Below are positions 1 to 13,789 of a DNA stretch of 64,000 bases, one piece after another; position 1 is the stretch's first letter; each line of letters starts with the position of its first letter. Source of the stretch: Leucoraja ocellata (lineage: Eukaryota). Where the stretch lies: the NCBI GenBank assembly GCA_036785375.1, contig JAWMAR010000211.1, positions 2,914,001-2,978,000 of the forward strand. The letters are read 5' to 3'. The position numbers were made by a program, and so were the translations under genes. Below the pieces are notes generated by a model, which saw only the letters and a list, made by a program, of their open reading frames with translations, ran no database searches and was not told the origin of the DNA.

Positions 1-939
1 ACCTTCAACAAGGCAGACTCTGTGCTGTCTTGGGCCCTGAAACCTGATTGGAAACTTTCCAGGATGGTATTTTGGTGTAGGTAAGGCATTAGTTGATTTA
101 GAATTAGTTGATTTAGAAGATGGTTGTTTATTAAAATGTTTTATTAAGGCTACATACCTTGGTGTTTCTCATTTTCTAGTAGTGCAACTGAGAGCTAAAG
201 GACTGATTGATGGAAAAGGTATTCATGGGACAGTAAATAGAGTGTGTGACAGGCAACCCCAGGCCCCAGAATCAAAGCCCTCTTGTAATTACTGACCCCA
301 TCCCTTTGATCGGTGTTCATTTATTGATGACAGGTATCATTAATTCAGTTGTACCCCCACTGCAATCATCGCTGACATTCCTCAGAGTTCTCAACCCTGA
401 TATATCGCGGACATGTCTCCGTTCTCTGACACCCTCCATGATCACTGGGTCACTGACACTGCCGTGTAACCAATTTCCTTTGTGATCACAGATCCCTCCC
501 CTCACTGCTCAGCTGTCATCATTGAACCCTGTGATCACTGAAATGCCATTGTCCCTTAAACACCATCCCAAATACTCTTCCTGGACTCTTTGCACATTCA
601 CCAATAAGGGCTCCCACTGCATTAATTTGCCATTAACCTCTGTCCATCTGCAATCGCCCTTTGTCCTGACAAACTTCCCTGTGCCTCCACTCCAATCCTC
701 TTGCAAAGTGCAGGGTGTTCCTCAGATCCTCAGCTGCAGCCTCTTCGAGATTAATCTTCCCTCCTCAACAGAAGACTCAGACACTCCAACATCCTGGTTT
801 TGGGATGAAAAACTTCCAAAATAAGATGCAAATTCCTGACCCATTTCCCAACTTGGAAATCCCTTCATAGTAAAGCCGTGGGACACGGCTTTCCATGATG
901 AATTTCAATCAATCATGTCAACACCTTTGCAGTGGCTCC

Positions 940-1480
940 CTGTCCTCTCTCATATCGCCCCTCCCAGCATACGCAGAAGGTAGAGGATGTTTAATTGAGA
1001 TGATGCTCCATCGAGGCTAACCCTCACCTTCCCATCCATGCTGACTTCAACAATCTGCTCAACATGCTCTTGAAATCCTGCAAACCCTTCTGGACGTCCG
1101 TTAAATCCCTGGAAGAATTTGACTACAAGACTGAGTGGCGCGGAGCCTGGAAAGATGCCAACACCAACAACGGAGAGGACATCACAGAACCCACAGTGAA
1201 ACCACCGGGATTTGACCTTCATCGCAAGCAATGGCTAACCCTGAACAGAATCCGCACCCTCCATGCAAGAACAGCCCATCACCTGCATAAGTGGGGGATG
1301 ACAGCTTGCGACTGTGGACATCCAGACTAGACCATCCCACACATCGTGAATGACTGCTCACTGAGGCTTTTCCCTGGTGGCATCACTCAGTCATCCACCC
1401 AGTAACTGATGCTGTCCTGGCCTGGATGTCTGCCCTTGACCTACAACTTTAGGCTGTGCACGCCGTAATCAGAAGAAGAT
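940..1480 (+). mobile_element. 3' fragment of an Ingi/Vingi-like non-LTR retrotransposon
   Basis: ORF 1064-1330 reads PPGFDLHRKQWLTLNRIRT...HKWG..CDCG, continuing past a stop into TIPHIVNDC (CCHC-type C-terminus). Short GAA tail near 1470. Confidence 0.55.
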
Positions 1481-1552
1481 AGGCTTCATTAAATGTGGCT
1501 GAAATGTAACAGATTGCACCAAATAAAATAGATCATCAAATTTATTTTGAAG

Positions 1553-1780
1553 ATAGACGAAATGCTGGAGTACATCAGCAGGACAGGGGACAGGGCATCT
1601 CTGGGGAGAAGGAATGGGTGAGATTTCGGGTTGAGACCTTTCTTCTGACGGGAAGAATGGTCTCGACTCGAAACGTCACCCATTCCTTCTCACCATAGAT
1701 TCTCCCTGTCCTGTTAAGTTACTCCAGCATTTTGTGTCTATCTTTGGTGTAACCCAGCATTTGTAGTTCATTTCCTACAC
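1553..1780. mobile_element. Penelope-like pLTR fragments in inverted (palindromic) arrangement
   Basis: About 1553-1648 is the reverse complement of about 1652-1742 (gaagaatggtctcgactcgaaacgtcacc...ttactccagcattttgtgtcta). Confidence 0.75.
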
Positions 1781-2401
1781 ATCAAATTTGTTTTGCTATT
1801 TTGCTGTATTTTGCTATTCTTCATTTTGACCAGAAGATTGATAAAGACTGTTTACAATGGCACCTTGCACATAATTGTACAATGGCCTGTAGTATACCTC
1901 CACCCGTCCCTACTCACTTCACAAGGGCCCATCCTGCCAACCACTTCCTTCCCCATTCCTTGTGTTTTAAAAGGAAGGAACTAAAAGGAAAGTGCAGAAC
2001 AGAATCAAGCGTTGGCATCAGCAGCTACTAATACAGTTATCATTTCCTGCAGCTGAAAGTAATCCCTTGGTCCTGGAACTTTCAAAGCATTTACAAGGTG
2101 TGGGTTGGATTCACAATACATTCGGTAAAGATTCGGAAGAAAGTTCACCTATTAAATGGCCATACCACGCCTGATCTATTTTGCTCTCAGGTTCCTGTAT
2201 GCCATGCTCTAAAATGGGGCATCAAATGGTCAGATTCAGCAGAAACTTTTGCGGCAATAGAGTGGTTAAAATGTGGAACTCTTCACCAAACGAAATAGTT
2301 GATGCAGGAAGTACACAGATGTTTGAAGAGGAAGCTGGATAAACCGATGAGAGAGAAAGGCTACGTTGATTTGGTTAGAATTAAGTTTGGAAGGAGACGT
2401 A

Positions 2402-2695
2402 AGGGCCTGTCCCGCTTTCCCGAGTTATTCACGAATTCTCCCGAGTTTTTAAACTCGCAGAATGTTCGTAACAAGTCCGTAGGAGTCCGTGGATATATCG
2501 TAGCGGCTCGTTATGCCAGCCGTAGGTGCTCGCGGCTACTTTTTTACTCATGGACATTTTTCAACATGCTGAAAAAAAGTCCCGACTTACCTGATGCCCC
2601 GAGTACCTACGGCTGGCATAACGAGCTGCTACGACATATCCACGGACTCCTACGGCCCCCTACGGACTCGTTACGGACATTCTGCGAGTTTGAAA
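2402..2695. mobile_element. Truncated Harbinger-like MITE (one TIR)
   Basis: Begins agggcctgtccc, the same TIR as the elements at 27807 and 30482. CpG-rich interior. Confidence 0.55.
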
Positions 2696-3270
2696 ACATC
2701 GCACCTCCAATTTCTGAATCCTCTACACATTTAGTAAATAAACTATGCCTTTATTCCTTCTACCAAAATGCATGACCATACACTTTGCTGTACTGTATTC
2801 CATCTGCCACTTCTGTGCCCACTCTCCTAACCTGTCCAAGTCCTTCTGCAGAGTCCCTGCTTCCTCAACACCATTATCTCCTCCACCTGTCTTCGTATGA
2901 TCAGCAAACTTGGCCACAAAGCCATCAATCCGTCTGAAGAAGGGTTTTGGCCCAAAACGTTGCCTATTTCCTTCGCTCCATAGATGCTGCTGCACCCGCT
3001 GAGTTTCTCCAGCTTTTTTGTGTAACCATCAATTCCATCATCCTGATTATTAACATATAACGTGAAAAGTAGAGGACCCAACACCGACACCCTGCAGAAC
3101 ATCACGTCACAGGGGAGCCAACAGAAAAGGCTCTCTTTGTTCTCACTTTTTTTGCCTTCTGCTAGTCAGCCAATCTTCTATCCATGCTAGTACCTTGGCT
3201 GTAACACTGTGGGCTCCTATCTTGTCCTGCTATCTCATGTGCAGCATCTTATCAAAAGCCTCCTCTGGAC
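2696..3270 (-). mobile_element. CR1 (HER1-like) LINE RT fragment, interrupted by a Penelope piece at about 2932-3025
   Basis: Minus-strand peptides SVLGPLLFTLYVN and KFADHTK...LQKDLDRLGEWAQKWQMEY...KCMVMHFG. Confidence 0.85.
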
Positions 3271-3599
3271 TCATTGGGTTTGTTTTAGTTCTTCCTGACT
3301 CGTGGGAGTTCTCAGTATATTTGTATGAATCTTATTTGACTTCTACAAGCCAGTTAGTGCCTCCCTCTGTCATAACACTCATTACAGATCTGGGGTAGTT
3401 TTTGAGTTGACATTGTATTGTTGATTTATAAAACAATCTGTTGGAGCAACAACAAATTGGATTGCATCTGTTGGGGGGAAAAGAATGAATGATGTTTCAG
3501 GTGGACACCCTGCATCAGGTCTTCTTGATACTGGCTATTTTCCCTTTCCACACTTAGGCCTGATGCAAGACCTTGACCTGAAACATCGACAATCCAAGT

Positions 3600-4030
3600 G
3601 AAAGGTACTGATTGTGGATGATCAGCCATGATCACATTGAATGGTGGCGCTGGCTCGAAGGGCCGAATGGCTACACGTGCACCTATTTTCTTTGTTTCTA
3701 TGTTTCTGTGCTTGGATAGAGTGAATATAGAGAAGATGTTTCCACTAGTGGGAGAGTCTAGGACCAGAGTATATAGCCTCAGAATAAAAGGACCTTTAAG
3801 AAGGAGATGAGGTGGAATTTCTTTAGTCAAAGGGTGATGAATCTGTGGAATTCATTGCATCAGAAGGCTGTGGAGGTCAAGTCAGTGGATATTTTGAAGG
3901 CTGAGATAGATAGATTCTGGATTAGCACAGGTGTCAGAGGTTCTGGGAAGAAGGCAGGAGAATGGGGTTGAGAGGAAAAGATAGATCTGCCATGATTGAA
4001 TGATGTTGACTTGATGGGTTGAATGGCCTA
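3600..4030 (+). mobile_element. Two CR1 LINE 3' ends
   Basis: LDRVNIEKMFPLVGESRTR peptide and CR1 3'UTR gggccgaatggcct...ctatgtttct. Confidence 0.8.
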
Positions 4031-4276
4031 ATTCTGTTCCTATCACCTATGATCAATTAATTTTTTCTCCACAGGTGTTGATCGATCCACTGAGTTCCCC
4101 TCGCAGTTTATGTTTTGTTCTTGTTTCCAGCATCAGTAGTCTCTTGTGTCTCAGATCTTTGACTGCATGCCATTGGATGGCATTAGACACTATGAGGAAG
4201 CCTGTGACTGAAAACATAATAACTTAACTGGCAAAGATTCCTAAGAAATTATCAACCATCAGAAAATAGGAGCACA

Positions 4277-5036
4277 TTTTTTTTTTTTTGTTTATTTTAT
4301 TAGAAGTTAATATAGTACAAAACAGTACAGTGGAACCTAATTTTAGGTGCCAACTATGTAATACCGTAATCCATTCTATGTACAACCTCTAGTTTTATAT
4401 TATGAGAAGGAAGTAAGCAAGCCAAGAAAAAGAAAACAATAGAAAGAGGAAAAAGTAGAAAAATAGATGGTAGAGCGTAGAAAAACGTGAAGTGTGTATA
4501 CAAAAAATAAAAAAGGAAGAGAGAAAGTGGAAAGTAGAAATAGAAGAGAAGGCCCCTTAAAAGAGAATTTTTCAAATCTGTATTCGGAGATGTAGATCTA
4601 TCCGCGTCATGAACTGAAATCAGCAATCTTTACGGTACCGCTGCATCACATGATTCCAAAAAGTCGATGAAAGGAGACCAACTCCTTAAGAATTGGTCAT
4701 ATTTATCTATTAGTCGGAGTCTCATTTCTTCAAGGCGTACTATGTCCATCATATTCCTAATCCACATTTTAACAGTTGGTGTGGTTGTATTTTTCCAAAA
4801 TTTAAGTATCAATTTCTTTCCAATTATTAACCCATAATTAAAAAAAACATTTTGATCTTTATTTAAATTGGTATCTTCTCCTATTATTCCAAATATAATC
4901 CATTCCGTTTTGGGTTCTATTCTTGACTTGAAAAGCTTTGTAAATATATCAAATATATCACTCCAAAATTTATTCAACTTTGTACATCCTACAAATGAAT
5001 GTGTTATATTAGCGTTTTGAAACAAACATTTATCGC
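4277..5036 (-). mobile_element. L1-clade LINE 3' end (ORF2 C-terminus, 3'UTR, polyA)
   Basis: ORF 4630-5025 THSFVGCTKLNKFWSDIF...KKLILKFWKNTTTP..KMW; poly-T run at 4277-4289. Confidence 0.8.
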
Positions 5037-6036
5037 ATTTTTTTAATTGTTAGTCTGGACTATTTATATAGGTTAAGGCTGAGAATAAACAAAGGAAATT
5101 AAGGCCATGTGTGGCTGAAGCGTCCGAAACAAAGCATTATATAAAGGAGCATTTATAGAGACTATTACAATGCTCAACACTCAGGTGCTGGTGTGAGTGT
5201 TTCACACTGATTTTAATGGGCACTATGCAAGCTTGGTGATGTAAAAGCACCATTATCAATGAGGATTGAATAGATACAGTAAAATCCATCCACCAGACAA
5301 CATCTACCCCTGAGAATTTGCTTTTCGAAAAAAATTTTGAACAAGCGATTTCATTTTGGACACAGCTGGAGTTGTGACCTCAAAAATCCAAGAACCCAGC
5401 TGTGTGATTTTTATAGCAATGAGGCAGGATTGAAAAATAAATCTGCTTAATAGTCTGCACCTGCTGTTAGATCAGACGCTTCTTGCTATTCTTTAATTTA
5501 ATGTCGCTCATCATGTCCGGTGTTGTTCGATAGTAGTGGAAAAAATATTATTGAAATAAGCAGAATGCCAAAATGTTAGTCATTATGCTTAAAACAGTCA
5601 CCAGCCTTTGGGAGGTCTATTTTCCATGATTTGCCTGTGACCTATTCTATCAGTGATGTTATATAAAATTACATGCACTTTGGTTTCAATCAATTCCTGC
5701 TTTGTTTTATCCTCTGAAAATAAATAAGTGATGAAAGCTTTCGTAACTACAGGATGAAAAACATTTTCAATTCTGTGGAAGGAAAGTACTGCAGATTAAC
5801 ATAATCTGGGCACCATGTCTGTGATTGTATCATACTGCGATTGACATGAGGACATCATTGTTAAATCCATCTCTCTATAACATTATCCAAAAAATAGGAA
5901 GTCCGTCAAGACTATTTGGACCAAGCCTACACCTATTACTATCTTTGACTTAAAAAAAAAATCTTATTTCTTTTCACATGGAATAAGTTGTAGATTATAT
6001 TTCCAGAGCAACTGCATTAGTTGCTTGGAGGCTCGG

Positions 6037-6348
6037 GTGGCATGGTGACGCAGTGGTAGAGTTGCTGCCTTACAGGGCCAGGGACCCGGGTTCGATCCTG
6101 ACTATGGGTGCTGTCTGTACGGAGTTTACACGTTCTCCCCATGACCTGCGTGGGTTTTCTCCAGGTGCTCCACTTTCCTCCCACACTCCAAAGACGTACA
6201 GGCTTGTAATTGGCTTCGGTGAAGATTATCAATTGTGCCTAGTGTGTGTAGGATAGTGTTAATGTGCGGGGATCGCTGGTCGGCGTGGACTGGATAGGCT
6301 GAAGGGCCTGTTTCCGCCCTATATCTCTAAACTAAACTGAAAACTAAA
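6037..6348 (+). mobile_element. HE1-like tRNA-derived V-SINE
   Basis: A box tggtgacgcagtgg, B box ggttcgatcc, V-domain ttcctcccacactccaaagac, CR1-like tail ending (taaac)n. Confidence 0.85.
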
Positions 6349-6726
6349 TTTTTAAACATGACAAATTTAACATATTGTCCAAATAGCTAGAGATACACAA
6401 AACCATCGCAAATAACCAGACCTGCACATGGCGCTTGTTGATATAAAATAGTGATGCTGCTTAAATTAGAAATACATATATATTTGATCCAAATTTTACT
6501 ATAGCAGAAAAATTATAAACATTTTAAATTTATAAGCTTGGTTGAAATTCAGATTTAAGAGGCACTGGCGACTGAATGGGAACGTGGCATAAACCAGCCA
6601 GAAAATCATGATGTGATCCATGGACAATCATTGCAATGTGAGAGCATTGCCAAGTGTTTGCTTCCTGTTCTCTTATAAGTTAATGCATGTAGCCAGAACT
6701 AGCTACAACATTCATCAGATATCGAC

Positions 6727-7930
6727 AGTACAGAAACAAAGAGTAGGGATTAACGGGTCCCTTTCAGAATGGCAGGCAGTGACTGGTGAGGTACCGCAAG
6801 GCTTGGCGCTGGGACCGCAGCTATTTGCAATATATATTAAAGATTTAGATGAAGGGATTATAAGTAACATTAGCAAATTTGCAGATGACACAAAGCTGGG
6901 TGGCAGTGTGAACTGTGAGGAGGATGCAATGAGAATGCAGGGTGACTTGGACAGGTTGGGTGAGTGGGCAGATACATGGCAGATGCAGTTTAATGTGGAT
7001 AAATGTGAGGTTATCCACTTTGGTAGCAAAAACAGGAAGGAAGATTATTATCTAAATGGTGTCAAGTTGGGAAAAGGGGAAGTACAATGGGATCTGGGGG
7101 TCCTTGTTCATCAGTCAATGAAAGTAAGCATGCAGGTACAGCAGGTAGTGAAGAAAGCAAATGGCATGTTGGCCTTCATAACAAGAGGAGTTGAGTATAG
7201 GAGCAAAGAGATCTTTCTGCAGTTGTACAGAGCCCTAGTGAGACCACACCTGGAGTATTGTGTGCAGTTTTGGTCTCCAAATTTGAGGAAGGACATTCTT
7301 GCTACTGAGGGAGTGCAGCGTAGATTCACAAGCTGAATGGCGGGACTGTCTATGCTGAGAGAATGGAGCGGCTGGGCTTGTGTACTCTGGAATTTAGAAG
7401 GATGAGAGGTGATCTTATTGAAACATATAAGATTATTAATGATTTGGACTCGCTAGAGACAGTAAACATGTTCCCAAAGCTGGGGGAGTCCAGAACCAGG
7501 GGGCCACAGTTTAAGAATTAGGGGTAAGCCATTTAGAACGGAGATGAGGAAACAATTTGTGAGTCTGTGGGATTCTCTGCCTCAGAGGGTGGTGGAGGCC
7601 GGTTCTCTGGATACTTTCAAGAGAGAGCTCGATAGGGCTCCTGAAGATAGTGGAGTTAGGGGATATGGGGAGAAGGCAGGAACGGGGTACTGATTGGAAG
7701 AGAGTTGTGAGTGTGGGATTCTCTGCCCCAGAGGGCAGTGGAAGCCGGTTCTCTGGATACTTTCAAGAGAGAGCTAGATAGGGCGCTTGAAGATAGCGGA
7801 GTTAGGGGATATGGGGAGAAGGCAGGAACGGGGTACTGATTGTGGATGATCAGCCATGATCACATTGAATGGCGGTGCTGGCTTGAAGGGCCAAATGGCC
7901 TACTCCTGCATCTATTGTCTATTGTCTATT
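6727..7930 (+). mobile_element. CR1 LINE, 5'-truncated, with a tandem duplication of about 140 bp near the 3' end
   Basis: ORF 6620-7336 has VPQGLALGPQLF, KFADDTKLGG and RPHLEYCVQFWSP. About 7557-7695 is repeated at about 7705-7841. Confidence 0.92.
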
Positions 7931-7956
7931 GCTTCACTAGGGTGCCCGAGCTTTAG

Positions 7957-8110
7957 ACTAGTTCAGTTTAGTTTATTGTCACGTGTACCGAGGTACAGTG
8001 AAAAGCTTTTGTTGTGTGCTAACAAGTCAGCAGAAAGACAATACATGGTTACAATCGAACCATTTACAGTGTACAGATACATGATAAGGGAATAACGTTT
8101 AGTACAAGGT
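7957..8110 (-). repeat. LINE-derived 3' tail repeat (further copies near 21293-21440 and 30955-31200)
   Basis: Shared sequence tttagtttattgtcacgtgtaccgaggtacagtgaaaagcttttgttg. Confidence 0.6.
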
Positions 8111-8404
8111 AACCAAGAACTAAATATCACTAAGGACTGACAACCACCATGTGAAATGTAAGTGTGACAGTTTAAGGAGAGAATTGATTGTGACTATGGT
8201 AATTGTGGTCATGTGTATTGACCAGTTTACCTATTCAAGAATGGCATAAGGTGGGACAGACCAAACTCCATGGTATTCTGACATTGCTCTGAGAGTCTTG
8301 TGGAGGCCGTACTGAATGGGAGAGATATTAACCTTCAATCACACCGTAAAAATATTACATGAGGAATGTGTACAAAAACCTGGGACAGATTACTTTACAT
8401 TGTT

Positions 8405-8703
8405 TTGTTTAGTTTAGTTTAGAAATACAGCACAGAAGCAGGCCCTTCGGCCCACCAGGTCTGCGCCGACCAGCGGTGCCCACACATCCTTCACACACAA
8501 TTTATACATTTACCAAATAACCTACAAATCTACACGTCTTTGGAGTGTGGGAGGAAACTGAAGATCTCGGAGAAAACCCAGGCAGGTCACGGGGGGAGAA
8601 CGTACAAACTCCATACCGACAGCACCCGTAGTAGGGATCAAACACGGGTCTCTGGCGCTGCAAGTGCTGTAAGGCAGCAACTCTACCACTGCTCCACCGT
8701 GCA
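8405..8703 (-). mobile_element. HE1-like SINE
   Basis: Reverse complement of the SINE at 6037. Confidence 0.85.
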
Positions 8704-10193
8704 GCCGTATGTGTGTGTCATCAATTTAATGTCCAGTCTGGTTAACAAATGAACACCAGTTCATGGGTTATATCAGGAGTTGCCTGCAATGGCTGAATAA
8801 ACCTTGTATTGAGTACAGCTGTGTCCGCACCTTCTGAATGAAAAATGTTCGTTGTGACTAGCACGCTCCTGTATAAAGCTTTACCAAGGTAGCAGCAAGC
8901 CATGGCAGAGCAGGGATTGGAGGGGGAAGGCTGATTTTCCAATGCCAGGTTCATACTGAAACAGTGGGAGCAAGTGATTAAAGAGTGTAGTCAAAGGAGC
9001 AAAGCACTCAGGGCTAGAATGCAGAGTTGGGAATACAATGTAATAGCCTGACATGTGTGCTCAAGGTCAGTGAATAGATTAGAAAATCCCTGACAAATGT
9101 GTCAGAGTGATCACACTCTGCTCCATGATATAGATCTCCATTAGCTATTTCACAATGATCTGTATCAATCAGGGTCCTATTTAAAATCCTAGAGCCTGCC
9201 ACAAAGTCGCATACTTACCATCACTCAAACAATCATATCCATATCTCACAGTTTACGCACACTCCTTGTTTATTCAGCCACGGATAACATTTTGCACATA
9301 TCACACTGTAACAAATTCATTTACACTCTTCCCTTTTCTTGGAGCAATTGGTGCCACAGATATCATGCCAGCAACAGCATTCTGACAGCAGAGAAAAAAA
9401 CACTGTCCATAAGCTCAGTTTTCAAGACAAAGCTGTGCTGGCTGTTAGTGGGATGGACACCTCATGGTTTCACTGAGGACAGTGATATGCCAACATCTAA
9501 CCCTGTTGGTTGATTAAGTGCACACCATTCACTTTTGATCTGTCTTCACAATAATCAAACCTTTGTGTCCTTCTCGCAAAGACTCGACAACTTCCACCTG
9601 CCTGGAGCCTGGCTATGATAGAGGAACAAATCTAATTTCTCAACCCGGTTAGAAGCTGCCTGACTTGCTGACTTCCTCCAGCAGTTTGTTTTTTACCCCT
9701 CAAGATTCTAGCATCTACAGTTGCTTGTGTCTTTATTTCCCAGTCTATTGTTCAAACCCACCCTCTCAGATGCAGATACTCTATATAGTAGAGGTTCATA
9801 GAGTGACACGGCACAGAGACTGGCCTATTGACCATCTTGTCCATGCTGACCAGCAGGTACCTTTAGTCAGTATACAGTCTGTAGCCATCCATGCCTTGGC
9901 AATTGAAGTGCTCAATGATAGTTGCTTAGATGTGATCTCTAAACATGATGAGTTACTGGGTAGAAGTGACCACTGCCAGGGCATGTAGTAAGGTAGCTCA
10001 TGTATCAGCTCCCTGGAGGACAAGACTACCCTGAACAGGGCACTCTGCAGACAAAGACTAATAACAGGATGTTGCTATAATCTTCAGCTCTACCCTGGCT
10101 GTAATCAAACATAGTAAATATTCATAACCGCTGCGACTTGAAAGGACACTGGCAATGTGATCTTTTCTCTGGACTGAAATTGTAGATCTCAGG

Positions 10194-10379
10194 GGTGGCA
10201 CAGCGGTGCAGCAGTAGAGTTGTTGCCTTACAGCACTTGCAGTGCCGGAGACCCGGATTCGATCTTGACCATGGGTGCTGTCGGTACGGAGTTTGCACAT
10301 TCTCCCCGTAACCCGCGTGGGCTTTCTCTGAGATCTTCGGTTTCCTCCCACACTCCAAAGACATACAGGTATGCAGGTT
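10194..10379 (+). mobile_element. 5' half of an HE1-like SINE split by DIRS insertion (3' half at 15165-15285)
   Basis: SINE sequence stops at ...caggtt and resumes as tgatttggtattagtgtaaattgtcc...tatctctaaac after the DIRS. Confidence 0.88.
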
Positions 10380-10899
10380 AATAGTAAGATTAAACGAGAA
10401 CTTACTAGTTTGAAGTTTGATCTTGATTTTATGAGGAGTTGCGATGAGCGATTACGTGAAGAAGGGCTGTCCGTCTGCGTGCGCGTCAATCTTCAAAGCA
10501 GCGGTGTAAAATCACAGATAAAAAAAAAACCTAAGAATAGTAAGATTGTGAAGAAACTAGAACTTCCATATGACCTTGATAATATGAGGGTGGGGAGCGG
10601 TGGGCCCGTAATCGCTCATCATAACTCCTCATAAAATCAAGATCAAACTTCAAACTGGTAAGTTCTCGTTTAATCTTACTATTTTACTTCGGAGTCATGT
10701 GAGTGACTACGTGAAGATTTCAAAGCTCTGTGATTTCACGCCGGTTATGAATCCAGGCGTCACACACTCATTGGATTGACTATGGATGAGTGTAGTCCTT
10801 AAAGCATTCAGACATAACGTAGTTAATAACATTGATCATTTAAAGTGAAAAGAAATGTTTTAATAGTAACCCCTCCAATTCTGGGGGGAAACTAGGAAA

Positions 10900-11843
10900 C
10901 AGAACTTAAAACAGTATGTGCAAACACCCCCGGTCTGGTTATAGGCTTGTTGTAAAACCGGTGGAACATTTGTTCATTTGCCCATCCTGCAGCTGCTAGG
11001 ATGTCGTTGAGGAGCACGTCCATAGCTCTTGCTGCCGACGTAGATGCAGCCCTGGTGGAGTGAATTTAAAAATGTCAATGTTCACTCCCGCTTCCGCCAT
11101 TAACTTCTTTAACCATCTGGAGATGGTTTGAGTTGATACCTTATGATGAGGTTTTTTATGACTGATCAGGACAGATTGCTCAGAGCCTCTGAGGTTCCTC
11201 ATAAATCTCAGAAAATGATGTAAATGTGTTACCACACACAACCTTGGGTCCTCAGGATATACCATGAACTCTATCTTAATCCCTGGCATTCATGGCCTGC
11301 TCTGTTTTATCAAGTCCCTGATGACAAAAGTTATTTTGTTGACATTGGTGGTCATGTAGTCAAGTCGCAACGTGCAGAGTCTGGACTCTTTGTGCTGTTA
11401 CCAGCGCCATTAGCATGACCACCTTTAGAGTGAGTTTTGATAATGGTAAGGACATAGGCAGTGCCCACTGTCGAAGTAAAGTAAGCACCATGCTCACATC
11501 CCAGATGTCCGTGTACCTTGGCCTTGGTGGTGTAGAATTGTATATATCCTTCATACATTTGGTTATATGAGGGTGCGTTCCTATCGACCCGTGCCCTGCT
11601 TCTGGCACTATGGATTGCACTATAGCCTAATTTATGGTCATAGTACAGGGTGGATTGGAACTCGAGTATATCTGTGATCCGAACTGTGTCATATGAAATG
11701 TTGTTGGCCTTGCAGAACATTTCCCACTTCTTTATATGCGAGACGTACTGTTTTTTAGTACTGTCCTTCCATGCTGCTGTAATCACATCCACAGTTCGTT
11801 TGGACAGTCCAAGACCTTGGTATGGCCTCCTCAGAATTTGCAA
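10900..11843 (-). pseudogene. DIRS tyrosine recombinase (frameshifted)
   Basis: Peptides STKKQY...W..FC, WDVSMVL, LTLKVVMLMALVTAQRVQTLH, LCVV, ISHKKPHHKVSTQTISRWLK. Confidence 0.9.
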
Positions 11844-13770
11844 ACCAGTAAATTGATTTGGTCATGTAGTGGATGGTTGCTCCCCGTAACTGGGTGCACT
11901 AGGAGGTCCCTGCTCTTGGGTACAGCCATTAATGGCTGGGTTATTATTCCCATGATCTTCGGGAACCAGGCTTGTGTAGGCCAATCTGGCACTACCAAAA
12001 TGCCTGTGGCTTTGTCTTGCTTGATTTTTGTCAAGCATCGGCTGATGAGGCAAAATGGAGGAAATACATACATGAAAATTACTCCCTAATTGTGGGAGAA
12101 AGCATCCACTGCCACTTCTCCTGGATCCAGCTCCCAGGACACATATTTGGGTAACTGATGGTTTAATCTAGATGCAAACAGATCAATATCTGGAATGCCA
12201 AATCGTGTGGTTATTTCATTAAAAACTGCACGATTTACCATCCATTCTGTGTTGTCATTAAATATCCGTGACCTGGCATCTGCCACCGTGTTGTATCTAC
12301 CTGGTAGATAGACAGCTGTGACCCAAATATCCCTCTCGATACACCAGTGCCAGATAAGATTTGACAATCTGTCACAAGATACAGATTTAACACCACCCAT
12401 GTGATTGACATATGCCACCTCTGTAGTGTTATCAATCTGAATCTGAACATGCATATGTTGCATGTTGCTGCAAAAAGCCTTGAACTCATAATGTGCCCCC
12501 AACAATTCTAGGTAATTGATTCCATGTTGTTGATAGAATTACAGACTCCTGCTCATTCCATCTACCTCCGCAGCTGGTCACTGTGTCAGTTGCTCCCCAT
12601 CCTAACCCGCTTGCATCGGTTTGTAAGACCACCGATGGGGTTTCCAGCAAGATTTCCCTTGAGCTATGACATATGTTCATCATCCACCATTCTAATTCAA
12701 CAATGGCCTCAGCTGACAATCGCATTGGTTTGCCGTATTGACCAGCGTGGGATCTGAGTGCTCGTTCCTTTGGTTGTTGTAAATTTTGATAATGCAAAGG
12801 TCCGTAATGTACTGCTGGAAATGCAGCTACTAATTTGCCAATCACACTCGCCGTCTGCCTGATAGATGACTTATATTTGACTATAAGGTCATTGCAGGCT
12901 TTAATAAGATCTAGTTGTTTGCCCTTGGGCAACGTCACTAACATATGAACTGTGCTAATTGTGAACCCCAGGCAATCAATAACCTTGGTAGGTATCAATT
13001 TTGATTTAACTGGGTGGACGAGGAACCCAAGTCTTTCAAACATGGTTTTTGTTGCTATGACTGATGATTCTGCCAGTTCTTTGGTAGCCCCAAATTATAA
13101 AAATGTCATCCAAATACGCCATGACTAAGTGATTCTGAGATTGTAATAGACCCAGAATAGGTTTCAGTAGTTTTGTGAATAGTCTGGGGGCTGAAGTTAG
13201 CCCATTTGGCAGTGCCATTACTGACCCATCCAGTTAAACTTCAAATATCTCCTGTGCTCTTTGTGAATAGACACCGAATAGTATGCATCTGTAAGGTCGA
13301 TGCATGCCATATAACCATTTTTGGAAACCAACTGTATTGCTGTGCCAAAGTTATCCATTTTGAAATGTTTATATTGCACATATGTGTTGAGTTCCGTAAG
13401 ATCTAGAATGATACGACACCCTCCATCTTTTTTCTCTTTTGAGAAAATATTGGATATGAATTGGTGAGGTTCTGTATGTGACCTCTCAATTACATTTTTG
13501 TCAGATAATGTTAGAATTTCTTCTTGTATATCCATAGTTTCTTGTTGAGAGAAAACATATGTGCGATTAGGTGAATGTTGCGTGGGTGGTAATGAATCCA
13601 AATTAAACTGAATTTTGAACCCTTGTATACTGTGCAGTATAAACCGATCAGTTGTGACCCAACCCCATTCATTCAAGAAGTATTTCAACCTTCCTCCCAC
13701 TGGTACTTGAGGCCTGTCTAAGGTGTTCCCCAAGGAACTAGGTTGACTTATCTCCGATGTTACTAACGGT
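11831..13770 (-). pseudogene. DIRS pol: RT, RNase H and Dam-like methyltransferase domains (frameshifts and stop)
   Basis: RT motifs VGGRL, KKDGGCRIILDL, IDLTDAYY, LPNGLTSAPRLFTK, AYLDD. RNase H motifs TDASGLGWGA, IDNTT, LPGRYNTVAD. MT motifs DIDLFAS, DAF, YVFPPF, VPDWPTQAWF. Confidence 0.92.
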
Positions 13771-13789
13771 ATGGCGCTGGTTTCTTCTC

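Noticed and set aside
245-830. Short ORFs and recurring tgatcac/gaccc motifs
   Set aside because: Possibly an old decayed repeat, but no family, period or protein motif could be supported.
2299-2775. 158-aa ORF
   Set aside because: Runs through a MITE and antisense CR1; no protein signature.
6037-6110. tRNA-like A and B boxes
   Set aside because: SINE head, not a tRNA gene; continues into the V-domain and LINE-like tail.
9440-9480. gacacctcatggttt(c)actgag resembling the BRCT 'D.SWFTE' of TdT/Pol mu exon 2
   Set aside because: Needs a frameshift, has no surrounding BRCT similarity and no fitting splice sites; likely chance.
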